Origin: Lama glama
Taxonomy: Eukaryota
NCBI GenBank assembly: GCA_028534125.1
Contig: CM052817.1
Location: forward strand, 21,702,001 to 21,766,000
Direction of reading: 5' to 3'
Length of the DNA stretch: 64,000 nucleotides
The notes under the pieces were generated by a model. That model was not told where the DNA came from and searched no databases. It worked only from the letters and a program-made list of their open reading frames with translations. Made by a program: the position numbers and the translations under genes. How positions within the stretch are numbered: position 1 is the first letter of the stretch; every line of letters starts with the position of its first letter. This document shows positions 27,837 to 39,629 of this stretch, in pieces.

Positions 27837-29149
27837 GTGTGTAGAGAAGTAGATTAAAGCAGAGTTAATATTTTCCATGAAATATGAAAGGCAAGATGAT
27901 TTAGCTTTATATGTGGAAAGTCAGAACACCTTCTCTAGAAAAGGGAGAGCAAGACTCCTGTAGCTCTGAAATACTATCCTACCATTTAAAAAGAATCAAA
28001 GATAAATATGGATTTAATTTGAACTGAATACAGGGATATAAACTGTATAATCACTATGCAATTTTTAAATGGAAGGTCAGAAGGAACTATTAGGAAAAGA
28101 AGGAAACATAAAAAAACAAGAGCAACAAAGAGAAACAGCACTGATGAAATGAGAATCTGAAACTGCGAGCCCTAATTCTTACTTTAAAGATCAGAAATGA
28201 ATAGTAACGCCTGTTCCATGTCTACTGTAGGAAGCAGTATTACATGGTGATTTTAAGACTGGGGACTATGGAACCCAGCTCTAGCATCAAACAGAACTAC
28301 GCCTAGTACATAATAGGGACTCCAAAAATACTAGCTAATACTACTATCCATATCTCTGTCTTATGATTTAAAAAATCCTGAGTAGCCTACAAACAAACAA
28401 AAAAGAGATCTCCACTGTTTACTCTCAAGCCCCAGGTTTCCATCCTCAGGAATGGCAGGATGAGGCAACAGAGATAAAAAGATCAGTGGATCTGTTTGCT
28501 TTCCAGGCCTGATGGGCTTGCATGGGAGGCAGAGTTTGGTACAGGATTTCAAAATCTTGTCATTAAATACAGTGGTGGTTCAAAAGTATTCCAGGTTCCC
28601 TATGATTGAAACTACTCAGTAAATATTAAACAATCAATAATGTTTGTTCACTTCCTCTCTTCTTTCTCTCCCCCATGGACAAAAGGCAGGGGTTTGTTGA
28701 AGCCTGCTCTCAGAAACCCACTGACCTGAGTCCTCTCTTCATTTTGGAAGGTTTCACCCACTGTGATGTGTCAAAAAGATGAACATCCTACAGAAATGAA
28801 TGTATGAATTCAGTCTTCTCTTACTACAGTCCATGTATCAACTACTGTTTTTCACCCTGGGATTTCTCTGTATTAGCCTTTTTGTCCTTTACTTTCCACA
28901 CACAGATATCAAGCTGGAATTTACCACCTCATACGATTCATAATAACTTAGATATACTTTGAGGGAAATCAAAAGTAGGAAAAATAGGATCATGGATTAT
29001 TTGTTAATTTGTATCATTTATAATAAAATATAAAAGGGAAAATTGTTTTTCCTTTACTGTTCCATATTAATTTCAAAGTATAATTTGGTGAATTACATAT
29101 CCAATGAAATTTGTATTTTATTCATTACCTTTCTGAAAGTAAAACCAGA

Positions 29150-29385
29150 TCAAAGTTGGCAAGTTTTTTTCTATTGGATCAGACAGGAAATATTATAAGC
29201 TTTGTTGGGCACATGTAATTTTTGTTGCATTTGTATTATTCTTTATTTCATTTTTGTTTGTTTGTTTTGTTCTGTTTTGTTTTGCAAACACTTTAAAAGT
29301 GTTAAGAAACATTCTTATCAAGTAGGCCATAGGAAAAACAGGCGGATGCTGAATGTGGCCCTCAGGCCATACACTGCTGATTCCT
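29150..29385 (+). mobile_element. MER58-family hAT-Charlie fossil
   Basis: aaatattataagctttgttgggcacatg...aaaaacaggcggatgctgaatgtggccctcaggccatacactgctgattcct. Confidence 0.75.
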
Positions 29386-29560
29386 CAATGAGACATCATA
29401 TGCACTCTAAAATAAGAATGCTGAGGGTGACGATGCAGAGGAAGTGTCTTTTCTTACTGTCCTTTTGATACTGAAAACAATCACTGCAAAAAAATGAGAA
29501 CTTTTAACATTTTTCTGCCATTGAAAATACATAATAACTATACTTAAATTATACACACAC

Positions 29561-29945
29561 TGAGGTGCGCAGCCTCTAAGATGGCTCCCGATAATCTCTG
29601 CTTACTGCCGCTCAAATTCATGGGTAGTCCCCTCTCCTAGAATGTGGACTGGACCTACTGACTCACCTCCAAAGAACAGAATATCACAGAAGAGATGGTA
29701 GGTATGTCAATTCTGAAATTACGTTATAAAAAGACTGTTTTTCCATTATGGGCATCCTTTCTTGTTTTCTCTCTCAGCTCACTTGACCTGGGAGAAACTA
29801 GCTACCGTGTTGTGAACAGTTCTAAAGAGAACTGTGGTAAGGGACTGTCTCCAGCTGACAGTTACCAAGAACTTGAGCCTCATCAGGATACAGAGAGTCA
29901 GCATGGCAGGGGAGCCTCTCCCAGTCCAGCCTTGAGGTGACCGCT
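29561..29945 (+). mobile_element. MaLR MLT1(E/F-like) LTR fragment
   Basis: Starts tgaggtgcgcagcctctaagatggctccc; internal tgtggactggacctactgactcac. Confidence 0.75.
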
Positions 29946-29949
29946 GCGC

Positions 29950-30145
29950 TGTGGTGGTAAATTTTATGTGTCAACTTGGCTGGGCCATGGTACACATATA
30001 TGTAATCAAACATTACTCTGGATGTTTCCGGGAAGGTGGGATATTTTGGATGAGAGTAACACTTAACTTTGGTGGACTTCTGCAAAGCAGATTACTCCTG
30101 ACAATGTGAGTGAGCGTCATGGAATCACATGAAGGCCTTAATAGA
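29950..30145 (+). mobile_element. ERVL MLT2 LTR 5' fragment
   Basis: tgtggtggtaaattttatgtgtcaacttggctgggccatgg is the recalled MLT2 start. Confidence 0.85.
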
Positions 30146-30949
30146 AGGCTGTTCTCTGGGAGCAACAGAGAAGGGTTCACTGGAAAAGGGGAGCCCTATG
30201 GGTACAAAGAGTAGAGCACTTGTTGTGAAGTTTAGTCCAAAATTTTTCCCTTTTGACTACTATACACTTAGACAATTTTTTGGTCACTTTAATGTATCTT
30301 GTGTGTGTGTGTGTATTTATATTTATATACACACACACAGATATATTTGTTTGTCATCTATCAGTACACATTTATAAAGGCAGGAGAATTTCTGGCGCTG
30401 TTCTCTGCAGCCAAATACACAGGGTCATTGGTTTAACACAGCTAAAGGAAAGGAAATAAAGCAATTTCCCACGTAATTCTCTCACCATCTTCAACAACTA
30501 CTGAAAAAGATCCAATGGTTTACCTGGCTCCTAATGAATAATCAGGTGAATCTTCTTGGGAACTGGAATTAAATCTACCTCAAGAGAAGGAGAGTACAGA
30601 GTAATCTCCGCCTAATCTAGAGACTACAGTGGAATTCCTCTGACCCTGAAGGAAACCTGAAAATAGCTAAAATTGACAATGGTCTCTGACAACAATTTAT
30701 ATGTAACTGTGTACCTCAAAGTAGAAATGGAAATGGGCTGTAACATAGACCAAGCTCCCCAGTGCTTCAGGGATATGTCTGCAAAACCTTTAGTAACATA
30801 ATGTAATGGAGCAGAAGCTTGAGCCACCAAAATGAGTTCGCTATGGATTAGGGTCCATGTGGGATCAATAGAGGCAAACATACAATTATTAGAGGATAAA
30901 ACACACAAGAAAAGGTAGAACAAAGCAAAACAAAAGCTCCTCCTCAAGA

Positions 30950-31370
30950 TGAGCCTTTATATCAAAATTCCAAACCCCATGATGGAAAACAAAGTTTAAA
31001 AGAAACTGTAAACATGAAGCAGATTACTTTGCTCTAAATGAAAAGGAAAACAGAGCATTCTAAAACGGCATTACAGTAGTATAAAGAGAAAAAAGGAATA
31101 ATATTTACAGAGGAGAACAGGAAATTAGAAAGCAAGTAGAGGCAGAAATTATATTAGTATAGATGGATATAAAAATAATTAATTAGAAAACTTTCAAATG
31201 AAAAACTTAGTCTCTAAGCATATAAAATTCAATAGGTGTTTATAAACTCTGGATGGAAGAATTGATGAATTAAGATACAGCTCTTAGAGATGTAACTAAA
31301 TATGGCACAGAGAGCCAAAAATAATGTATATATAAAAAGCAATGTATTGAGGGAAAATCCTTATGTCTGA
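30950..31370 (+). mobile_element. Very degenerate L1/HAL1 ORF1-region fragment
   Basis: A-rich strand with aaattcaataggtg...gaagaattgatgaattaagatacag...aatatggcacagagag, like the ORF1 coiled-coil region. Confidence 0.5.
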
Positions 31371-31386
31371 TATTTTTTTCCATAAA

Positions 31387-31728
31387 TGGTTAGAAGAGCC
31401 CATGGACAGTTACTTCTTTTTTGTTTTTAAGTGAAATTGGATTTATTTGGGGAGATACACCTTCCATAGACAGAGTGTGGGTTGTCTGAGAACAGCTCCA
31501 GGAGACACATATTCCATAGACAGAACACAGACCATCTCAGGCCAGCGAGGCGTCTTTGTCCGTCTGTCATGCATGCCTAGGAGTTGTGTAGAGATTATAT
31601 AACTGATACATTTGGGAAGAATAACTGAGCATTCTCTGCTGAGCTTGGCCCCTCTTTCCCTTGGGGATCAGATGTTTCAGGAAGTCAGAAGTCTCCTGTT
31701 TCTTTAAAGGCTAGCTCACTTCCTGTCA
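31387..31728 (-). mobile_element. Short solo LTR (ERV1-like, artiodactyl type)
   Basis: TG...CA ends with 4-bp TSD taaa (31383-31386, 31729-31732); minus-strand AATAAA (tttatt near 31442); internal duplicated ttccatagacaga motif. Confidence 0.6.
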
Positions 31729-33514
31729 TAAAAACAATCTTGCCTTAAGGTCAACACTTGCAGGTCCAGATGGGGAAGTGTGTTTAATTCTGCAGTTAAG
31801 TATCTGCAGATCCACTTGATTTAACATACCCGGTCATGTCCTCCAGCCTGGCTAAAATCAATAATAGAGGAGTTCTATGGTTACCATGAGCCATTTTTGT
31901 TTTATGTTTCAAATATTTCAGAACTGAAGCAGGGAAAATGGGTGCTACTTAAGAGAAACCTGCTAGAAATCCCAATACTTGCACGGATATTATGCATATG
32001 TGTATTTAGATTGTGTTTCTTTTTTTCTCTGCTTCTCCACTTGACATTTCCCTTCATGAGTAAGTCTGTGCAGCGGGCTGGACGTGTTGGACTTTCGGTG
32101 GGCTGGAATAGCATATGTCAGACCGTTTCTGGTAGCTGTGTCCATTTTTCCTGAGAACCATAAGGACAGACCTGTCAGTAGTTTGATTATTCTTCCTGTT
32201 TGACAAGTAAGACAAAGTTTTGGGTACTACAGGATCATCACTGTTTGGATCGTATAAACCCCATCACCTTCTGTTAGAAAGGATTCAGTGGAGTCCTTTA
32301 TTTCTCCGTGTTTGACAAATGGAATTTTCTATGAAAGGTACATGGATTTTTTATAGTCTCTGAGTCTTACTCTCTTCATGTATTAAAACAAATTCAGAGT
32401 AAGCAATGGGTATTCAAGCAAAAGAAAATAATTCATTGAACTATGAACACAGCAGGGATTCCCCAAAGACAGCACCCCTTATTGTGTGCTCTGAGATTTT
32501 GTATTCATATACCAGCCTAAGCACAGTAGAATGGATGAGTCTGGCCCATGCTGCCAGCCGGACAATGGCTCTGTATCCCTAAAATATCTTCACAAATAAA
32601 AGCCTTCTTATATAAGGAAACCCATATGAGATGGATATTTAGCACAATCATAGATATATCAGCTTTTGATATATATGCCATCTACATGATGCCCTCTATG
32701 TTCTCCAAGGCATCTGTCAGCTTCTCTCACTTATCTGGGCCAGCCTGCTTACATTCTATAAGCAAATCTCACATCCCAACTCTACTTACCCACAGCTTAA
32801 AAATCAGTTTGTCCTCAGTTAGGCAGCAGACCTCTTAAAGCTTAACACTAAACCTCAAACTTAGCTTTCTCCCTAGTTTGTACTGGACAGTTGGTTCTGA
32901 TATGCAGCTGTCATTCTAATTGTATCTTTGGTCCCAGACCAGGTTTGCAAGGAAGAAAATGTAGCTATCTGTGTCAACCACAGAAAGCTGTTGAGCTTGC
33001 TCTGAAATATGTGCTGTCGTTAAGGCAAAGCCTTAATGTATAAACTAATTAATGTGAGAGTTATGGAAATGGAGATAAAATCACCTACAGACTTGTCATG
33101 AACATTTTGGTTTTCATTCACTGTCTCTTTAGTAAGTTTAACTGATGGAACTCCACAATGTCAGGTGCTCGGCTTCATCATATGGTTTTCTTTTTGTCTG
33201 CTCCAAAATGGATAATAGGAAATGATGATACAATCAGGGGGAAAGCATAGGTAATGGCAACTTAAAGCTAAAGGGTAAGTATAATAGAACAACTCTGGAA
33301 TTTAAGTTAAACAACCTAGATGCAAGATATATATAGCTCTCAACACAAGAATGCATGTCCCTAGTCTAAGGCAAAGTTAAGGAAAAGGTTTACAGCAATC
33401 TACTTACTATGTTCTATCTTATCTTTCCGTTTTCTATGATTAATGTATGAACTCAGAACTCACTTTCTTGAGTACAGAGCAGAAGCTAACTAAGTATAGT
33501 TTATTAATTCACTC

Positions 33515-33715
33515 ACGTATTCTCTATGTATTTCTCTGTCCAAATTTTCCAATTATAAGGATATGAGCCTTACTGGATTTAGGGACCATCTTAACATACT
33601 CATGGCCTCATCTTAACTTGATTCCATCTGCAAAGACATCATTTCTATATAATACCACATTCACAGGTTCTGGGTAGGTATGAATTTTCACAAGACATTT
33701 TTTAAACCTAGTATG
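33515..33715 (-). mobile_element. MaLR MLT1 LTR fragment
   Basis: tataaggatatgagccttactggatttagggacc...cctcatcttaacttgattccatctgcaaagac...cacattcacaggttctgg. Confidence 0.75.
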
Positions 33716-34159
33716 AGTGGTACACAAAAACATTCGGAACTATGAGAAGTGCAAATGACCACCTTTAAATCATTTTGACTTACTCTTGTACCTCCTGCAC
33801 AGGTATGAACGTAAAGGATGGACATTTTTTGAACTTCAGCACAATGTCTTTGAACCAGTATCTAACTCCCACAGTGTGATTTTGAGAATCCTCATCAAAA
33901 TTAGCACAAGCAGGAGGATGCACTTTTGCAAGGCTTCATAAGCGACACTGCTGATGGGAGAAAGGCAAAAGAAGGGAAAATGGCTGATGTCCCATGGTGG
34001 CTAAGAATACCTATGTCCGAATTACTCTTAGAAGCTTTCAGAAGTTGTTGAGAAGATTCTGAGATAGAGTGAAGTATGGGGAGGGGGCTATATGTTCATC
34101 AATAGAAAGTGGGTAGAGTAAGGTGATGATAGAAAAATATGTTACAATAGATGAAAAAT

Positions 34160-35330
34160 ATATTTCCAAAGAAGGAGGAGAAAAAGGACTTTCCTCCAAA
34201 AGTCCTTTTTTTACAACCAAACAAAAAGGAAAACAAAACCCTAGACCTAACACAACAGACAAGGACACTGAAAAGCAGAAAGAGGAAGGTACACTGTGAA
34301 TTGCCTAGAGTTCTCCCTACTTGGGGAACCGCATAACAGTGAATTCCCTGGATTTTGTTATCCTCTCTTATAGCCTGGACAGAGAGCTCTAGAAGATTCT
34401 AACCCAGAACTGTTATCTGGCACAGACAAAGAAAAGCTTCAAGAAAGGCTGTTGCCTCTAGCCAAAAGACCTGGAAGAGGGTGGCCTCACAACAGAAACC
34501 CTTTATGGCAAGACCTGTCCTACTTCAGCCAAACACAGATGGAAAAACTGCCATGTCCTACCCTAGCAGTTGTAGCAGGGCTGAGAAGAGAGCTAATTTT
34601 CTACTTTCCCTACCCACCTTGCATGGAAGCAGGCAACGGCTTTTCTGATCGTCTAAAAACAGACCCCTTTTCCCTCCCCCTGCCAAAAAAGGAAACCCCA
34701 CAAAAATTAACAGTATTTAGAACCTGGGGGACAATAATAAATGAAATACGTTTGTATCAACGGACTCCCACACTGAAAGAAGAGACAGAGTGAGACTAAA
34801 AGAGTACTTAAAGAAATGATGTCTGAAAACTTTCCAAACTTGTGGAAGGACAAAATCTACAGATTAAAGAAACCAAACAAACCTCCAAAAGGATAAACTC
34901 AAATAAATTCATACTCAAAAACATAATTAAACTTAAAAAAATTAAAGACAAACAAAATGTCTTGAAAGCAACCAGAGAGAAATGCTGCATTAATTATAGT
35001 GGAACATCAGTCAGAATGATGGCAGATTTCTCATCTTCCAGAAGGAAGTAGCAAAATGTTTTTCAAGTAGTGAAAGAAAAGAACTGTCAACTGTGAATTC
35101 TGTAGAAACATTCCTGAATTCCTAAAAATATTCTTCAAGAATGGAGAGGAAGTAAAGTAATTGTCAAAGGAAAACTAAGAGAATTTGTTGTAGTAAATCT
35201 ACCTTTAAAAAATAGCTAAGTAAAATTCTCTAAACAGATAGGAAATGATAAGGGAAGAGAACCTGAAACTTCAGAAAGGAAAGAAGAATATTGGAATGGG
35301 TAAAAAATAAGATCAAATATAATAAATTAA
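34160..35330 (+). mobile_element. Old L1 5' UTR and disrupted ORF1 fragment
   Basis: ORF 34842-35051 (NLQIKETKQTSKRINSNKFILKNIIKLKKIKDKQNVLKATREK...INYSGTSVRMMADFSS) and the preceding EMMSENFPNL match the L1 ORF1p RRM/CTD region. Frameshifted and non-functional. Confidence 0.85.
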
Positions 35331-35724
35331 AAGAGCAATGGCCTTATAAATGCCATATTCTTATTGCTAGTGCAAAATATGTATTTCTCCATAATATCAG
35401 TATACTATATATGTGTGTGTAATTCTGGTTGCTGATTATAGTACATTTAGGCAAATAAAAACATAATCCAAACAATCTAGGTTTCATGTAAAAATTCAAC
35501 ACAATTAACCCCATTTATCTGTATATAATTTTTCTAATTTTCCAAACCTTTAGAACACAGGCCCAAATAAGAACTGAATGCAAAGACTTTGAACATTGCA
35601 AATAGCTTTTCATATTCTTTGCTTTATATTGAAATCCTTACCATTTCACATACGAAATTTTTAATAGACTCCTATTTGAATTGTCTTACCAAACTCCATC
35701 ACCCTGGTTTTAAATATCCCAGCA

Positions 35725-36340
35725 TGTGGGTTCTGGCCGGCAGAAGTCCCACTGAAACGGAATGAATTACTCAAGACTCTGTGGAAAAAGTCAAGAGAGC
35801 AAGAGGGAGTCCGGAGCCAACTCAAGGAACCTCTCAAATGCTCCCATATTTATTGAGTACAGTCAAAGGAGGAATGCAGGAATTTAGGGAAGGACAGGGT
35901 GGGATCACAATGAGTACCAGGGCTTTGTTTATTGTTGGTGTTTGGCTCAAGGTCAGAAGACCCTTTTTGGTAAATCATGTTCCTGTTGAGCATTTCTGCT
36001 TATCAGGAGGGAATGTATGAGAATCAGCTGCATAACAAAATTTTTCTTGGACTCAGGCAGCTGAGCCTGTCTTAGGTTGCCCCCCTCAGGGGATCCTACC
36101 TGTCATTGGCTAACCAGCCTCCTCACCTCTGAGTCTGCAGCTTTTTATAAGTTGTTTACCATTCCAGCCCAAGGCTGTTTTGGGGATAGAAGACTATCTA
36201 AGGGCAGGCACGCCCAGCGTTTATAGCCCAGGGCCCGGGTAGTTGCTAAAACCTCAAGGCAGTTACTAAGCACATTTTCTTTAAGGAGATAAGTGGCTGG
36301 GATCTGTTACAATTTGTTAACCCAATCATGGGCTCCCACA
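35725..36340 (-). mobile_element. Young solo LTR, ERV2 (betaretrovirus-like)
   Basis: Inverted termini tgtggg...cccaca, perfect 6-bp TSD ccagca (35719-35724, 36341-36346), minus-strand AATAAA at 35849-35854, several retained CpGs. Confidence 0.88.
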
Positions 36341-37187
36341 CCAGCAAATAATAAAGAGAAAATTAATGGAGACTGAAGGATGGAGTAGGGGTAGAGATTA
36401 TTAGTAGTTAGTATTCCATTCTCAACAGAAAAAGGAGGGAAAAAAAGTTAAAAATAAAAGCGAAGTATTATTATACCATATTTATAAACTACTAAAGGGG
36501 ACAGAAAAAATATATTTTGAAAAGATTTCTATTTAGTAAAAGCTTATACACAAGTATGTTTGGTTAATTCTAGGACTGTTTCATAAAAAGGCAGAATTAG
36601 GGGGTCTGTCTTTGAGAAAAATGTTTAAAGAATTTTAGGCCCTTCATGTTAGTTCAGTTATTATGGAATAGCTAAAAAAAAAACAGAACAAAACAAAATC
36701 AAAAGTACACACAAGCATAAAATTGAAAATGATAAGCACATAGGATAGCACACAATAAAAAACACTATGACCTTATGAATAGAAATTGTTTTAGACAAAT
36801 TTCATTTCCTTCCGTGACAGTTAAAAGTCACGTTGCTCAAGCCAAAAATAATATATGTCACTTACCTGTGCTTCAAGGAAGTTTTTTTATATCTGCACTT
36901 GTATTTTTTTTAATAAAAATACATGATCCTTCATTATTGATTCCCAACCTTTTAATGTAAAAAAATAAAAAGAGACCATATAAAAAAGTTGAAGTTTATT
37001 TTCTATTGATTGTAAAAATACATACAACCAAAAAAACCCTTCTATTTCAGCAACACTCTGAAAAAAATTACAATTTTATTATACACTACCATACCTACAG
37101 CCTTGAAAACTATGTCCTTTATTCTTAAAAAACTTTATTAAGTGGAAATATTTACATAGGTATAAACCAGTAAAGTATTATATATAC

Positions 37188-37225
37188 TTGTTGTTGTTGT
37201 TGTTGTTATTGTTGTTGTTGTTGTT
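37188..37225. repeat. (TTG)n microsatellite
   Basis: Direct reading, with one interruption. Confidence 0.95.
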
Positions 37226-38381
37226 TTACTTCCATGTCAAAATGTCTTTATATGGGGTTGAAATTAGAAGAGAAGTCTGACTTGGAGGGGAATGTTTGCA
37301 GTATACCTACATGGTGGTGGTGGTAGAAACCCTGAATGGGAAAAAAATCCCCAAGAGACACTAGGATTTCTTTCCAAAGAAGAAAATCTGAGGAAAATGC
37401 AACATTTTAAGAACAAGCAGAGAAAGAGAAGAAGCTTTCAAAAGAGATTATTTGTTATAGGCCTAAGGATATAGTTTTGTAATCTGACGATGCAAAACGC
37501 CATTGGAGGAGTATGAAAGCCTAATACTGAGTTGTGACAGTTTACAAAATCTTAGACATTTGTAGAGAGCTTTCACTATTATAGAGCTGCCAGGTAAGCA
37601 CTGCCAAGCAGGACCATAGTCAACCATCTATCTGAGGACCAGCCTTTAGTCAAAGTGGATTTTTTTTTTTTTTTGCTTTTGAGGAGTGCACTCATGTAAC
37701 AATAGGGAAACATAAAAACATCACACCTACTTTAGAAGGAGAGTTGGAGGAGCCTTTTGAAAGTTCATGTTTTATAAAGTGAGCATATAACATACTGTTT
37801 GCACAGAAAAATAAACGACAGATTTTAGTTCAGTTCAGGATCAACACTTACGACATAAAAACCAAACCAAAAACTTGTGTGTACCATGCTCTATGCTGAG
37901 CTAACTTAACTTATCACACACACATGCACACATACACAAAGACAAAGAAATATGTATTCGCCTATAAGGGATGTATAGAATATCATATTTAAGTTTTATC
38001 AAGACTAACAGTCTCAAAAATGCTATTTAAAATATATTAGGATTTCATGTAAACTCCCTTTGGGTATATTTAACAGAAGCTGCTAAATCTGGGATATGAG
38101 AATTTTAAAACTATTTTTCACACTTTATTTGGTATCTTATTTTTTGCTCTGCTAGACTGCTAACAAATAGTTATGATACTCATTTCAAGAGTAACTTTAG
38201 AAGCTAGTTGTTTTTTGATTTATCTTTTTGAATATAGCCCAGAGCTTAGAAGATATACTCCTCTGGTCAAAACCATCCCTTTGGGTAGGATTTGATCAGA
38301 AGGACAGTGAAAGATCTTTCCACTGATTAAGCAGTATGCGTGAAATCCTTACCACAGGAGTCTCTTGCCTGGACATAATCT

Positions 38382-38490
38382 TTAAAAAATGGAGATGAAA
38401 TGCACAAATATGGGAGAGTTAGCTGAGCATAGAGTATGGTACACACAAGTTTTTGGTTAAAAAATGGAGATGAAATGCACAAATATGGGA
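38382..38490. repeat. Perfect 34-bp direct repeat with 41-bp spacer
   Basis: ttaaaaaatggagatgaaatgcacaaatatggga at 38382-38415 and 38457-38490. Confidence 0.95.
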
Positions 38491-39015
38491 AAAAAACACA
38501 AATGTTTTAATTCTGAAGCAAATATTGCTTGGCTGAACACATCCATGCGCACACACATACACACACACACACACTCACAGAGTTTATGAAAAAAAGTGCT
38601 GACACAATGAAGTTTTATGGAGAGAGCAGGGAAGGCTCCTAGGCAGTTCCTTCAATGACTTGAGAGCCAGGAAGAGGGACTGGCTTTGGCTTCTATTGAA
38701 GTAAGGGCTAGGGCTGGGGTGAGATTTCCTGCGTGCACACACAGGTCAGGGCAGGCATGGTCCTGACAGACCAAAGGATGGAGCGCCTGGGCTTCCATAC
38801 TGGCCTGCCTCGCTGGACGAAAGGCAGCAGGGGAAAGGGCTGAGTGAAAGCTGCAGGCTGTCAGCAAACATCAAACACGGAACAGACTCTATCACATCAC
38901 CACAAAAGCATGTCCTCACCACTTCTCCATGTCTTAAATCCCAAAGGGGCAGGCCTTCCTGGTGGGGAAGCCTGTCACAGCCCAGCATTACTTACAACTG
39001 GCTTTACTTATCTAT

Positions 39016-39629
39016 TGTGTTAACTTTCCATTGCTGTATAACAAACTAACAGAAACAGGATTTTAAAACAACATATATTCATTATCTTACAATATCTAGG
39101 AATCAGGAGGCTGGGCCTTATTTTTAGCAGGCTTCGGTGCTCAGGGTCTCAGAGAAGTGATACAGGTATAGATATAGCAAAGCTGCATTTCTTTCTGGAA
39201 TTTGACATCCTCTCTTAAACTCATGTAGTTACTGGCAGAATTCATCTCCTTGTGGTTGTAGGACTGAGTGAGGTGCCCACTTTCTTGCTGGCTGTCATCT
39301 GGCTCTCTGTTCCTGGAGGCTGCCCACATTTTCATGCCATGTGCCCCTCTCACAGGCCCTCTCACAACATGGCAGCTTGTATCTTCAAGACCAGAAAGAG
39401 AGTTTATGCTTATGGTCTGCTAGGACAAAATCTTATCTAAGGAAACATAATCATGGTTGTGACTACCCCATCACTTTTGCCATATAACATAATCTTATCA
39501 TCTGAGTGACATCCCACCACCTTTGCCATATTCTCTTGACTAGAAGTAAGTCAAGATCACACTCACACCAGAGAAGGGATTACACAAGGGTATGAGTTAT
39601 TGAGGGTCACTTCAGAGTATACTCGCTAC
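39016..39629 (-). mobile_element. MaLR MLT1(E-like) LTR, near full length
   Basis: ttgctgtataacaaact...ggcagaattcatctccttgtggttgtaggactgag...gggattacacaagggtatga...gggtcacttcagagtatactcgctaca. Confidence 0.85.

Noticed and set aside
27181..28960. Strong-looking splice acceptors near 27203 and 28905
   Set aside because: The downstream frames I read hit stops quickly, with no matching donors or recognisable protein similarity.
32130..32350. Minus-strand peptide bits (KIHVPFIENSIC, DPNSDDPVVP, KWTQ) faintly resembling UBE2D-type E2 enzymes
   Set aside because: Spacing differs, the intervening residues are unrelated and contain stops, and there is no poly-A or TSD. Probably chance; a TBLASTN with UBE2D would settle it.
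32944..32995. ICVNHRKL resembling the gypsy RT motif LCVDYRKLN
   Set aside because: The catalytic Asp is absent, a stop follows, and no other RT motifs are nearby.
34842..35051. 69-aa ORF as a host gene
   Set aside because: It is a frameshifted L1 ORF1p remnant.
38382..38490. CRISPR-like repeat-spacer-repeat dimensions (34/41/34)
   Set aside because: Only two repeats, no palindrome, no cas genes, and a mammalian context.
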